Below, piece after piece: positions 21,237 to 34,089 of a stretch of DNA of 64,000 nucleotides. The notes beneath the pieces are model-generated. The model saw only the letters and a program-made list of their open reading frames with translations, ran no database searches and was not told where the DNA came from. The translations under genes were made by a program, and so were the position numbers. Within the stretch, counting starts at the first letter, position 1. Each line of letters begins with the position of its first letter. Origin of the DNA: a bacterium (GTDB lineage: Bacteria; UBA8248); the NCBI GenBank assembly GCA_965213685.1, contig CBDBZY010000003.1, positions 224,001 to 288,000 of the forward strand, given 5' to 3'.

Positions 21237-21372
21237 CGCGCCGGATTCTGCTTCAAACGCAATCGGTCGCTTTGCTCCAGACGCTTCCGGGATGATGCTC
21301 ACCCCCCCCCCCCCCCGTGCATCGTGGCCGGGGGGCGCATGCGCTCTCCCGTTCGCGCCGCCCGGCTCGCCC

Positions 21373-22575
21373 CTATGAACCTCCGTTGGCGGCGGCTCCT
21401 GCCGGGGCCTCCGTGAGGCCGCAGAAGAACTCGTAGTCGATGAGCTCCGTGATGGAGGGGCTGTCTCCGCACACGGGGCAGGCGGGGTCCCGCCGAATCT
21501 GGAGCGTTCGGAACTGCGATTTGAGCGCGTCGTACATCAGGAGTTTGCCGATGAGCGGCTCGCCAAAGCCCACGATGAGCTTGGCGGTTTCCGTCGCCTG
21601 GATGGATCCCATGGTGCCGCAAAGCGCGCCGAGGACGCCGGCGTCTTGGCAGGAGGGCACCATGCCGGGCGGCGGCGGTTCGGGATAGAGGCAGCGGTAG
21701 CAGGGGCCGCCGGCGCCCGGGTGGTAGACGGTGGCCTGGCCCTCGAACTTGAAGATGGAGGCGTCGACGATGGGCTTGCCGAGGAACACGGCCGCGTCGT
21801 TGACGAGGTAGCGGGTGGGGAAGTTGTCCGCCCCGTTCACGATGACGTCGTAGTCTTTCAGGATGTCGAGCGCGTTGTCCCGGTGTAGCCTCTCCTCGTG
21901 CGCGATGATGCGCACGTCGGGGTTCAGCGCGGTGAGGGTGGCCCTGGCGCTTTCCACCTTGGAGGTGCCCACGCGCTCGTTGCTGTGAACGATCTGGCGC
22001 TGCAGGTTGCTCATGTCCACCACGTCGAGGTCCACGATGCCGATGGTGCCCACGCCCATCGCCGCCAGATACAGCCCGGTCGGCGAGCCGAGGCCTCCCG
22101 CGCCTATCAGGACGACCCTGGCGTCCAAGAGCTTGGCCTGTCCCCTCTCCCCTATCTGGGAGAGCAGAAAGTGGCGGCTGTAGCGGTTGAGCTGCTCGGC
22201 GCTCATCTGCTTGTCCACCTGGACGGGGAATCCCAAATCCTTCCATTTCCCATAGCCGCCGGCCATGGATTTCACGTTCTGGTAGCCCATGGACTGCAGC
22301 GCCTGGCCCGCGAGCAGCGAGCGCACGCCGCCCGCGCAGTAGGCGATGATGGGCGTCCTCCTGTCGGGGACGACCTGCTCGATCTTGAGCTCGAGGAATC
22401 CGCGGCTCACGTGCTCCGCCCCCGGCAGGTAGCCGCCCCGGAATTCGTCGGGTTCGCGCACGTCGATGAGCGCGACCTCCGCCCCGGCGTCCACGGCGGA
22501 TTTCACCTCCTCCGCCGCGATCTCGGGGACGTCGCCCCGCGCGGCCTCGAGCAGGTCTCGTCCTGTTTTCGCCAT
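21373..22575 (-). CDS. moeB: Rhodanese-MoeB fusion (molybdopterin-synthase adenylyltransferase/sulfurtransferase, MoeZ-like)
   Basis: IDVRE...YCAGGVRS rhodanese domain; RYSRH, GAGGLGSP, SNLQRQ, CYRC...CPVC. Confidence 0.93.
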   Translation of the reverse strand: MAKTGRDLLEAARGDVPEIAAEEVKSAVDAGAEVALIDVREPDEFRGGYLPGAEHVSRGFLELKIEQVVPDRRTPIIAYCAGGVRSLLAGQALQSMGYQNVKSMAGGYGKWKDLGFPVQVDKQMSAEQLNRYSRHFLLSQIGERGQAKLLDARVVLIGAGGLGSPTGLYLAAMGVGTIGIVDLDVVDMSNLQRQIVHSNERVGTSKVESARATLTALNPDVRIIAHEERLHRDNALDILKDYDVIVNGADNFPTRYLVNDAAVFLGKPIVDASIFKFEGQATVYHPGAGGPCYRCLYPEPPPPGMVPSCQDAGVLGALCGTMGSIQATETAKLIVGFGEPLIGKLLMYDALKSQFRTLQIRRDPACPVCGDSPSITELIDYEFFCGLTEAPAGAAANGGS

Positions 22576-22775
22576 TTTCTCCTCTCCTTGATTGCCCAGG
22601 GTTTCCACGGGATGAATCTGTGGGATGAAACCAGCGTCTCGTCCTTCGCGGGCGACGCCGTGCGCGGGACCCGCAATTCCGCAAAATACTAAACCAAATT
22701 GCTCAAGAATAGCAAGCGCTTTACGCCAAAACGACTCCGAAACGGGAAAACGCCCTCGCCCGGCATGGGCGCGCG

Positions 22776-23655
22776 CTAGTCCATGCCGGCGCCCTTTTCA
22801 AAAAACGACAATATGGCGTTCTGGTCGGCCTCCCCGTGTCCGAGGGCGGCCGCGCTCATGTAGACCTGCCGCGCGGCGGCGCCCAGGGGAATCGGCGTTG
22901 CGAGGGCGTCGGCCATCGCCGCGATGATGCGGAGGTCCTTGAGCATCAGGTTCACCGTGAAGGTGGGCGCGTAGTCCTTGGCGATCATGGGCGAGGCCTT
23001 GTATTCGAGAATCTTGGGGATGACGCTCGCCTTCAGGAACGCGACCATCTGCGCGGGGTCCAGCCCCCCCTTCGTTCCCATGGTCAACGCCTCGGCGATG
23101 GCGGAGATGTGGATGGCGAAGATGTGGTTCGTCACCAGCTTCATCTGGAGGCCCGCCCCGTTCGGGCCGAAGTAATGGATGGAGGCGCTGAAGGCTTCGA
23201 GGACGTCGCGGTGGGCGTCGAGTGCCGCTTTCTCGCCGCCGGCCATGACGGCGAGCGTTCCCGCCCTCGCGTGGGGGACGCTCCCGCTGACGGGGGTGTC
23301 CAGAAACCGGGCCCCCGCGCCTTTTCGCCTCCGCCGCCAGCTCCTGGCTCCCCTCGACCGTCAGGGTCGACAGATCAAAGCAAACCACGCCCCCGGGCGC
23401 GGTCGCGAGCGCGCCGGCTTCGCCCAGATACGCCCGCCGCGCGTGCTCGACCTCCGGCACGGAGCTGCAAATCACCTCGGCCCCGGATGCGGCTTCCGCC
23501 GCCGTGTCGAAGACCCGGATGCCGGCGGCGGCCGCCCGCTCGCGCGCGGAGGCGGCCGGGTCAAACCCGCGAACGTCGAAACCCGCCCGCACCAGGTTCT
23601 CCGACATGCCCGAACCCATGTTGCCCAGGCCGAGAAAAGCGACCGACTTTGCCAT
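22776..23655 (-). CDS. 3-hydroxyisobutyrate dehydrogenase-family oxidoreductase (frameshift near 23312)
   Basis: FLGLGNMG, LDTPVSGS, MKLVTN, KDL; split across two ORFs. Confidence 0.85.
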
Positions 23656-23721
23656 TTCTCATCACTCCCGAAAGTGGACGAGGGGGTCGCGCACCGCCCG
23701 CCGCGACCTCCCCCGGGAAAC

Positions 23722-24631
23722 CTATTTTGTTTTCGGCCTCATTCCCATGGCGTTCAGGAAGGATTCAAAAACCGCGTTGAAATCCGCCCCCTCGAGTCCG
23801 AGTGCCACGGCGGAGGTGTATTGCTGCCGCGCGGCGGCGCCCAGGGGGACGGGAACGCCCAGGTCGTTCGCCTCCTCGATGCTCAGCCCCAAATCCTTGT
23901 AGCTGATGCCCACGTTCGCGATGACGTCGGAATAATCGCGCGCCGCCATCGTCGCGCCCTTGTAGTACATCAGCTGGGGAACCACGCTTCCCTGCAGGAA
24001 TTTCACCATTTCCTGGCCGCCCAGCCCCGCCTTCATGCCGAACGCCAGCCCTTCCGCCATTCCGGCGTGGTGGATGTTCAGGATGTGGTTCGTCACCAGC
24101 TTCATGATCAGGCCGTTTCCCGATTTCCCCATATAGGTGATGGATTTGCTGAACGCCTCGAGCACGTCGCGGTGCTCCTGGAGCGCCGCCCGGTCCCCGC
24201 CCACGATGGCGGACACCTCCTTGCGCTCGAGATGCGGGATGCTGCCGCTGACGGGAGCGTCCAGGAAGGCGATTCCCCTCTTCCCGGCCTCCGCCGCTAT
24301 CTCTTTCGCCAGGCTGACGGCGCTCGTCGAAAGTTCGAAGCAGACCGCGCCGCGCCGCATCGCACCGAGCGCGCCGCCTGTGCCGAGATAGACGCTGCGC
24401 ACGGCGGGCGGGCGTGGGGAGCGAGCTGCACGCCACGTCGGCGCCCCTTGACGGCGGCGGAGACGCTTCGGGCGATTTTGGCGCCGTTTTTTCTGCGCTG
24501 CCGCAGCGGCTGCTGGGGACGGGGTCGTAGCCCGTTACGTCGAAGCCGGCGTCGATCAGGTGTTTCGTCATCAATCCGCCCATGCGCCCCAGACCCAAGA
24601 ATGCGATTTTCTTTGTCGTTTCGCGCGCCAT
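23722..24631 (-). CDS. Second 3-hydroxyisobutyrate dehydrogenase-family oxidoreductase (several indels at 24400-24530)
   Basis: FLGLGRMG, FLDAPVSGS, MKLVTN. Confidence 0.8.
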
Positions 24632-24640
24632 TCCGTTCTC

Positions 24641-25521
24641 CTATTTCCGTAGCCCGAGCAGTTCCAGGGGATTGTCCACGAGTATCCTGTGGCGAACGCT
24701 CTCCTCCGGTGCCCAGTCGAGCAGCTGATCCAGCAGATCGCCGTCGTTGGGCATCGGAATCCTGCAGATGGGGTGCGGCCAGTCCGTGCCCCAGATGACC
24801 CCGCTCGGGCGCCGCTTCGATGAGCGCCTCGGCGACGGGATTGACGTCCGCGTATGGCGTCCGCCGGAGGCTCGTGATGCGGTAGGCGCCCGTGAGCTTC
24901 ACCCACGTTCTCCCCTCTTTGAGCAAATCCAGGAATTCCTGGAGCGGCCCCAGCCCCTCGGCGGCCGGGACGTAGCCCATATGGCCAAAGACGCAATCGA
25001 CGGGCAGGGCGGAGAAGGTTTTTCGGAAATCGGGGAACGCATGGGCGTGGACGAGAAACTCCATGTGCCAGCCCATGTCCCGGAGGCGCTCTCCCATCGA
25101 CTGGACTTCCGAGAAGGAGGCGAAGGGGTTCCCGCCCTTGTCGGCCAGGTTGACCCGTATGCCGCGAACGCCCGCGTCGTGCAGGTCGGCCAGCGTTTTG
25201 TCGCTCGCGTTCCCGTCCACGGCGGCCACGCCCATGAGACGTCCCTCCGAGCGGGCGATGGCGTCGAGCATGGCGTTGTTGTCCACCCCGTAGACGCTGG
25301 GCTGGGTGAGGACGCCGCGCTCCACCCCGAGCGTCCGGTGGAGGAGCGCATACGCCTCGAGCGGCGCATCGGGAGGCGTGTAGCCTCTCTTCGGGGAATA
25401 GGGGTATTTGCTCTCGGGGGCCGAACACGTGGGCGTGGGTGTCCCAGGCACCGGCGGGCAGCCGGAAGCGGGGCGCCCGCGGGCGAGGATCCGCCGGTGG
25501 GCAGTGGAGCATGTCTGGCAT
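24641..25521 (-). CDS. Amidohydrolase_2 / LigI-like lactonase (frameshifts near 25420 and 24805)
   Basis: WDTHAHVFGP, QPSVYGVDN, GVRGIRVN, WVKLTG, WGTDWPHP, LVDNP. Confidence 0.85.
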
Positions 25522-25533
25522 CCGCAATTCCCT

Positions 25534-25833
25534 TTACCCGAGGTTGTCCTCGCGGCCATAGAGCTTGTGGCTTGGACGGCTGGCCAGGATGTTGGCTTTT
25601 CCCCAGTCCGTGACGGCGCGAAACGCATCGCTCCGGATGAAGGTCATGAAATCCTCCCGCGCGCCCCACTCCGAGAGGATGGTATAGGAATTCGGTTTTT
25701 TCACCTGCTGATACAAGAGGCTTTGCACGTGGCCCGCCTGTGCCTCCAGGGCGCCCGCCACGGCCTCGAATTTCTCTTCAAACTCCTTCTCCTTGCCCGG
25801 CAGCACCTCATAATACATGCCCACGGTGATCAT
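25534..25833 (-). CDS. Antibiotic biosynthesis monooxygenase (ABM) domain protein
   Basis: 99 aa; VLPGKEKEFE, YTILSEW, FIRSDAF. Confidence 0.85.
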   Translation of the reverse strand: MITVGMYYEVLPGKEKEFEEKFEAVAGALEAQAGHVQSLLYQQVKKPNSYTILSEWGAREDFMTFIRSDAFRAVTDWGKANILASRPSHKLYGREDNLG

Positions 25834-25876
25834 GTTCCGCTCCTTGCGTGACGCGAGGCGTCCTCATAGGCGCTCT

Positions 25877-26743
25877 CTACAGATACTCTCTTTCCCACGC
25901 CTGAATTTTCGAGATGCCCAGGGCGTCGTTGTACTCCCGGAACGTGGCCATCATCCCGCGCGCGGTGCGCGTGGAGCCCTCCTCCCGGAGAATGCGCAAG
26001 ACGTCCTGCACCGCCTTGAGGTAGGTGCAGCGCACGATGCCGGGGTAGATGATGATGCGGAAGCCGAGTTCTCCCAGCTCCTCCACGCCCAGTGCCGCCT
26101 CGCGCCTCGACTCATCCAGCGTGGTGACGTGGGGCGGCGGGACCTCGGCCGCGATTCTGCGCAACTCCTCCTCCGTTCCCTCCACCTCGATGAACGTGAG
26201 GTCGGCCCCCGCCCGCCTGTAGGCGACCGCCCTGCGAATCGCCTCGTCCAGTCCATGATCCGCAGCCGCGTCCGTCCGGGCGAGGATGAGGAAATCCTCG
26301 CTCCTGCGGGTGTCGAGAGCCGCCTTCAGCTTGCCGAGCTGCTCCTCCAGGGAGATGACGGGAACCGAGCCGGGCAAAAACCCGCACCTTTTCGGCGTCG
26401 ACTGATCCTCGATCTGGATGCAGGCGACGCCCGCCGCCTCGAGTTCGCAGACGGTCCGAATCACGTTGACGGCGTTGCCGTAGCCGGTGTCGGCGTCCGC
26501 GATGAGGGGGATCGAGGTGGCCTGGACGACGTTCCTGCAAACGTCGGCCACCTCGCGCAGCGTCATAAAGCCCACGTCCGGCTTGCCGAGAAGCGCCGCC
26601 GAGGCGCCGTTGCCCGTCAGGTAGTTCACCGAGAAGCCCGCCTGTTCGACCATCCGCGCGCTGAATGCGTCGATGCAGGCGGGAGCGAGCACGGGCCGTT
26701 GCGTCTCCAGAAGGGATCGGAGGCGCGCGCCGCGATCGTTCAT
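25877..26743 (-). CDS. Isocitrate lyase/PEP mutase family protein (PrpB-like)
   Basis: IADADTGYG, IEDQ...KRCGF, ARTDA. Confidence 0.9.
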   Translation of the reverse strand: MNDRGARLRSLLETQRPVLAPACIDAFSARMVEQAGFSVNYLTGNGASAALLGKPDVGFMTLREVADVCRNVVQATSIPLIADADTGYGNAVNVIRTVCELEAAGVACIQIEDQSTPKRCGFLPGSVPVISLEEQLGKLKAALDTRRSEDFLILARTDAAADHGLDEAIRRAVAYRRAGADLTFIEVEGTEEELRRIAAEVPPPHVTTLDESRREAALGVEELGELGFRIIIYPGIVRCTYLKAVQDVLRILREEGSTRTARGMMATFREYNDALGISKIQAWEREYL

Positions 26744-27106
26744 GGGTTCCTCCCGCCGACAGATGGATGGAAGATGGACTCCCCGGAAAATCCCCCGCCC
26801 GCCAGGCCCGTGTCAAGCGAGCGTCGTGTTTTCCCCGGTTGCGGGGACGGGGCAGAGGCCGCTTTCCGCCTCGCCCCCGGCATGGAAAACGGAGTGCGCA
26901 GGACCATCCTGATTATGGGATAATACCACCTTTGATTCCCCTGCCCAAGGTGGCCGCCTGCCCAAGGCGGCCGCGCCCGGTGCGGCGACAGGTCCGACGC
27001 CGCCCGCGTGGCTCCCCTCGGGCGGATGGGCGGCTTTTGCGGTGCGCCGTCGCAAAGTCTTGCGGGGCGGCAGCGGCGGAAACGCCGGCAGCGTGGGGAG
27101 AGCCGG

Positions 27107-27700
27107 ATGCGCGTTTTGGTCTTCTCCCGCTTCTGCGCGCGAAACCGACCCATCGGGCGAAGTTCGCCGCACCCGCCGGCGTGGCCCCCCTCGGGCTGGA
27201 GGTTTTTCTGCTCGTGCCGGCGAATGGGAGGAAGGGGGGTCGCGCGTTCATCTCCCGGGAAGGCTGAGGAGGACGGATGCCAGATTTTTGCCGGCCCGTC
27301 GCGCTGCGGCGGCAGGGTGGGCGGCCGTCTCTACCCCGCCGGGGACTCTGGAGAGCGCACCGTTAGGCGCGGCTGGACGTCATGCACATGGAGGAGTGCT
27401 CCTACGGCTTCGCGGCGGCCCAGGTTCTGCTGTATCTCTCCGTGCCGGGAGCGCGCCCGAAGCTGATGGGCAACCACTCGGGGAATTCCCGACGTTTCCC
27501 TGCCCTGGTGCGCCCAACACGATCGAAAAATCGTTTTCCGCCGGGCGGGTGCGCTTCTCGTCCGCGCCCATACCGCACTGGACGGGAAAGGCTGTTGGGG
27601 GCTTGGCACACCGCCGGAGAGAGTGCGAACGCTCTCCCAATGGGGATTGGACCCGGAGCTTTTCCGTCCGCCCGCACCGAATGAACGCGCGAAAGCGTTC
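27107..27700 (+). pseudogene. Degraded GT4 glycosyltransferase N-terminal part
   Basis: MRVLVFSRF, KFAA...LEVFLLVP and LDVMHMEECSYGFAAAQ lie in different frames. Confidence 0.5.
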
Positions 27701-27744
27701 ACCATCGGATGCGCTGACAGGCTCGTCGTCGCCCGCGCCCGGGA

Positions 27745-28500
27745 GTGCGCGTTTATGGGCTATGCGCGCTCTGCCCCGCCCTGCTGAACGTCGCGCTGAA
27801 CGCCCTCTGCGCATCCCCCGGTTCGATGTCACCGGCGCGCGCCGGGCGAGCCGCATCGCCGAGGGCGTCATGGCGTGCGCCTGCGTGGCTGTATGGGGGC
27901 GATGGGTTGCGGCGCGGCTCCCGTGCGGGCCGCCCCCACGGGCGAAATCCCGTTTGTCGTAGGGGGCGAGCGGTTTCGTGTTTCCGGAAGATGATGAGCG
28001 GGCGTTCAGGGAAATTCTCCGGAAACGGAGAGACGAACTCCGCGAACGCGGGCGAATGGCGGGGGCGGGCCGCAAGAGAGTTCTCGAGGAATTTGCCTGG
28101 GATGCGCTGGCCGGGAAGACGCCTCTATGCGGATGTTTTGGGGATGGGGGCTCGAGCGCCTCGTCCGGCTGGTTGTCATCGTCGCCCTGGTGCGCATTCC
28201 CGGGGTTCGCGGCTTTGGGGCGTGTGCCTCGGTCTTCCGTTTCTCGCAATCGCTCCCTGTTTTTTTGCTCTCGGTTGGCTGTCCTTTCGGGAGATGCGGC
28301 CGGAATGTGGCGGGCAGTGCACGCTTTGGAGGAGTTTGCTCGTCAGCGCGTTGTCCCTGGTCGCCGTCGCGTCCCTCCCGTTGGCTTTGGCTGCGTTCAT
28401 ATTCTCTGACGTGATCATCTCCCCGGTCTGTGGGGGGCGCAATATATCGCGTCCATCATGCGCGCCTGCCTTGCGGCGGCGTTGTATGTGTTGCGGGACT
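27745..28500 (+). pseudogene. Remnants of Wzx-like polysaccharide flippases (a C-terminus followed by an N-terminus)
   Basis: LLNVALNAL / IPRFDVTGA..AS.IAEGV; RLVRLVVIVALVRIPGVRGFG; multiple frameshifts. Confidence 0.45.
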
Positions 28501-28651
28501 CATCCGGGGCGGCGGAATTTCCGCGGGGGGTCGGGGCGCGCTATACTCCCCCTTTCCTGCGAAGTGGAAATTCGTTTTGGGAACGCGCGACGCACAGACG
28601 GGAGGACGCCCAGAATCGGGACGCGGGGCGCGCATACGAGGCGGTGGGATA

Positions 28652-29746
28652 GTGCGTGTAGGGATTGACGCCCGGATGATAGCGAAGGGCGGCGTCGGAA
28701 CCTATTTGAGAGGTTTGCTCGCCGGGCTGGACAGGCGGGATGACGACGCCGAGTATGTCCTCTTCCTTCCCCCGGGGGAGACGGAGGCTTGCGCTGGCCT
28801 GGGCGCGAATTTTCGGCGGGTGGTTTGCGCAGCGGCCGCGCCATACTCGGCCGCCGAGCAGGTGGCGCTGCCCCGGCTGCTGGAGCGCGAGTGCCTGGAC
28901 CTGATCCATCATCCGCATTATTTCGCTCCCCTGTTCGGCAGGACGCCGATGGTGGCGACGATTCACGATTTGCTCCATCAGCTGTTTCCGGCGTTTTGCC
29001 CATCGCCGCTCCACTGGCGCGCGTCGAAGTGGATGATCGGCAGAACGACGCGGAGGGCGCGCCTGATTCTCGCCGTCTCCGGGCATACGAAAAAAGATGT
29101 CGTGGCGCATGTCGGCGTCCCGGAGGAGAAGGTTCGCGTGGTGCATAACGCCCTGCCGCCCGGCTGGGGAGAGGCGCGCGCCCCCAGGCCGGAGGCGTTG
29201 AGGCGACTGGGCGATGCGCCCTATTTCCTGTATGTGGGAAACCGCAAGAGGCACAGAAACCTGCCCCTGCTGCTCCACGCCTTCGCTGGCCTCCTGCGGG
29301 AGAGGGACGCGCGTCTCGCGCTCACGGGCGACGGAGGCGACCTCGACGGCGTTGTGCGCCGCCTGGAGCTGGACGAGAAGGTGATATTTCTGGGGCGGGT
29401 GCCACAGGAGGCGTTGCCCTGCGTCTACCGGTTCGCGCAGGCGCTGGTCTTCCCCTCGCTCCATGAGGGGTTTGGCTATCCTCCCCTGGAGGCCATGACG
29501 TGCGGCGCGCCGCCGATTGTCTCGGACGCCGCCGCCTTGCGCGAGGTGGTCGGGGACGCCGGCCTCATCGTTCCCCGGGGGGATAAGGACGCCCTGCAAG
29601 GCGCGATGCTGCGGATGCTCTCGGAGCCGGGACTGCGGGACGCTCTGAGCGAAAAATCGAGAGAGCGGGCGCGCTTTTTCCGGTGGGAGAAGCTGGCCGC
29701 CGGAACGTATGACGCCTACCTGGACGCCCTCCGGCTCTCGTCCTAG
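28652..29746 (+). CDS. GT4 glycosyltransferase
   Basis: VGIDAR, GGVGTY, TIHDL, FPSLHEGFGYPPLEAM. Confidence 0.92.
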   Translation: MRVGIDARMIAKGGVGTYLRGLLAGLDRRDDDAEYVLFLPPGETEACAGLGANFRRVVCAAAAPYSAAEQVALPRLLERECLDLIHHPHYFAPLFGRTPMVATIHDLLHQLFPAFCPSPLHWRASKWMIGRTTRRARLILAVSGHTKKDVVAHVGVPEEKVRVVHNALPPGWGEARAPRPEALRRLGDAPYFLYVGNRKRHRNLPLLLHAFAGLLRERDARLALTGDGGDLDGVVRRLELDEKVIFLGRVPQEALPCVYRFAQALVFPSLHEGFGYPPLEAMTCGAPPIVSDAAALREVVGDAGLIVPRGDKDALQGAMLRMLSEPGLRDALSEKSRERARFFRWEKLAAGTYDAYLDALRLSS

Positions 29747-29796
29747 CGGATGCGCGCCCCCGCCGGCCCCCGGGCCGCGAAACTTCAGGATCCCAC

Positions 29797-30993
29797 ATGC
29801 GGGTAGCGATAGTACACGACTGGCTTGCGGGTATGGGAGGCGGGGAGAAGTGCCTCGAGGCGTTTTGCGAGATATACCCGGAGGCGGACGTTTTCACCCT
29901 GCTTCACGTGCCGGGCGCGGTTTCGGGCGCCATCGAACGCCACCGCATCCATACCAGCCCCTTGCAGTGGATTCCCGGTGCGGCGCGCCGCTATCCGCGC
30001 ATGCTCCCCCTGATGCCGACGGCCGTGCGGATGCTACCGCTCGGAGAGTATGACTTCATCCTCTCCAGTTCGCGTTGCGTGGCCAAGGGGGCGAAGGGAG
30101 GCCATGGCGCCTACCACCTCAGCTATTGCCACACGCCGATGCGCTACGCCTGGAGCGCTTATGAGGAGCGTCGCGCGCGTCTGGGCGGCGCGGCCAGATG
30201 GCTCTTTCCCCACCTCGTCGAATACCTGAGGAGGTGGGACAACGAGTCCAACAAGGGGGTCCACGATTTTGTCGCCAACAGCCATACGGTGGCGGAGCGC
30301 ATCCGCCGATATTACGGCAGGGAGGCGGAGGTTCTCCACCCGCCGGTGGATACGGAATTCTACCGGCCGCAGGGCGGGCGCGCCTCGGATTACTATCTGA
30401 TGGTCACGGCCTTTGCGCCCTACAAGCGCGTCGACGCGGCGGTCGAGGCCTTCGGTCGGCTCGGGCGTCCGCTCAAGGTGGTGGGAGCGGGCCCGGATTT
30501 TGAGCGCGTGCGCGCACTCGGGAAGTCCAACGTGGAGTTCCTCGGATGGCAGGATGACGAAACCATCCGGGAGCTGTACGGCGGATGCCGCGCCTTCATC
30601 CTGCCGGGAGAGGAGGACTTCGGAATCACGCCGCTCGAGGCGCAGGCTTGCGGGCGGCCTGTCCTCGCCCTGGGCGCCGGCGGCGCGCTCGAGACCGTCG
30701 TGGGCGTGAATGCGGAAGAATACGAAGCGCCTCCGGGCTTCACTCCGGCGGGAGAGGCCACCGATGGCGAGACGGCGCCTACTGGAATGTTTTTCCCCTG
30801 TTCGGCACCGGAGCACATCGAGGAGGCGGTCCGGCGTTTTGAGAAGATGGAGGACCGCTTCTCCCCGGAGGCTGCGCGCAGGCAGGCGGAGCGGTATAAC
30901 CGCGAGGATTTCAAAAAAGCGGCGGAAGCGCGTTTTCAGCGGGGCTGGCGGAGGCACCAGGAGCGCCTGAACAGGTGGGACGGGGCGTCCTGA
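29797..30993 (+). CDS. GT4 glycosyltransferase
   Basis: VAIVHDWL, GGGEK, YCHTPMRYAW, EEDFGITPLEAQACG. Confidence 0.92.
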   Translation: MRVAIVHDWLAGMGGGEKCLEAFCEIYPEADVFTLLHVPGAVSGAIERHRIHTSPLQWIPGAARRYPRMLPLMPTAVRMLPLGEYDFILSSSRCVAKGAKGGHGAYHLSYCHTPMRYAWSAYEERRARLGGAARWLFPHLVEYLRRWDNESNKGVHDFVANSHTVAERIRRYYGREAEVLHPPVDTEFYRPQGGRASDYYLMVTAFAPYKRVDAAVEAFGRLGRPLKVVGAGPDFERVRALGKSNVEFLGWQDDETIRELYGGCRAFILPGEEDFGITPLEAQACGRPVLALGAGGALETVVGVNAEEYEAPPGFTPAGEATDGETAPTGMFFPCSAPEHIEEAVRRFEKMEDRFSPEAARRQAERYNREDFKKAAEARFQRGWRRHQERLNRWDGAS

Positions 30994-31099
30994 GCCGCGT
31001 GCGGGGACAATGCGCGCGCAGGCGGAGACGTTCGCATCCGGAAGCGTTTGGCCGGCGCGGCCCGGACGGGGAGAGCGGCATCGTGCCGAAAGAGTATGG

Positions 31100-31484
31100 C
31101 CAACCGAGCGCGCTCCTCCTCCGACATCGTTCGAACGCATGCGGCTGAACGCCGGAGTCGGGGAGTGGGACGGCTTGCCGGCCATTCTCCCGTCGCAAGC
31201 CCCTCCTCCGGGCTGGAGCCGCTGCGGGTAAAGGGCGGGTGCCGGATGATTTCCCGGGGACCCTCGCCCCGGTCATTCCCTGTCCGCTGCCGGGCGTCCG
31301 CGCCCTCCTCGTTGAATGGATGAGGCAGGTGCCTGCCCTCTGTCGACGGGAGAGGGCGGGTCTGGACGGCGTTCGGTTTCGGATGTACAAGTTCCGTGCG
31401 ATGAAGGTGGGCGCGGAGGCGGAATCGGGCGCGCGGTCCGGGCTGGGCGCAAGCGAACGGCCGGCGCGAAGACGCCTCGATTAG
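31100..31484 (+). pseudogene. Fragment of a WcaJ/WbaP-like priming sugar transferase
   Basis: RERAGLDGVRFRMYKFRAMKVGAEAESG; the rest is deleted or frameshifted. Confidence 0.7.
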
Positions 31485-31619
31485 GGAAGAGGACTGGGCG
31501 CGATTTGCGCTATGTCGAGCCCTGATCCCCGGGCTTTTGACGGCCAGATTCTGCGGCGCACCATCTGGAAGGGGCGGACAAGCGAAAATGCGTACCAGAC
31601 GGAATCGCGGGCCGGGAAA

Positions 31620-34042
<2,423 letters not shown>

Positions 34043-34089
34043 GCGTCCCGCCGGTCGCGCGGGGCGGGGAGCGTGGGAATGACAGGAAG

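Larger units (their letters stand above)
12850..21296. mobile_element. Degenerate genomic island bounded by perfect 61-bp direct repeats (12850-12910, 21236-21296)
   Basis: GCGCGCCGGATTCTGCTTCAAACGCAATCGGTCGCTTTGCTCCAGACGCTTCCGGGATGAT at both ends; cargo of conjugation and IS relics plus glycosyltransferases; no integrase seen. Confidence 0.8.
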
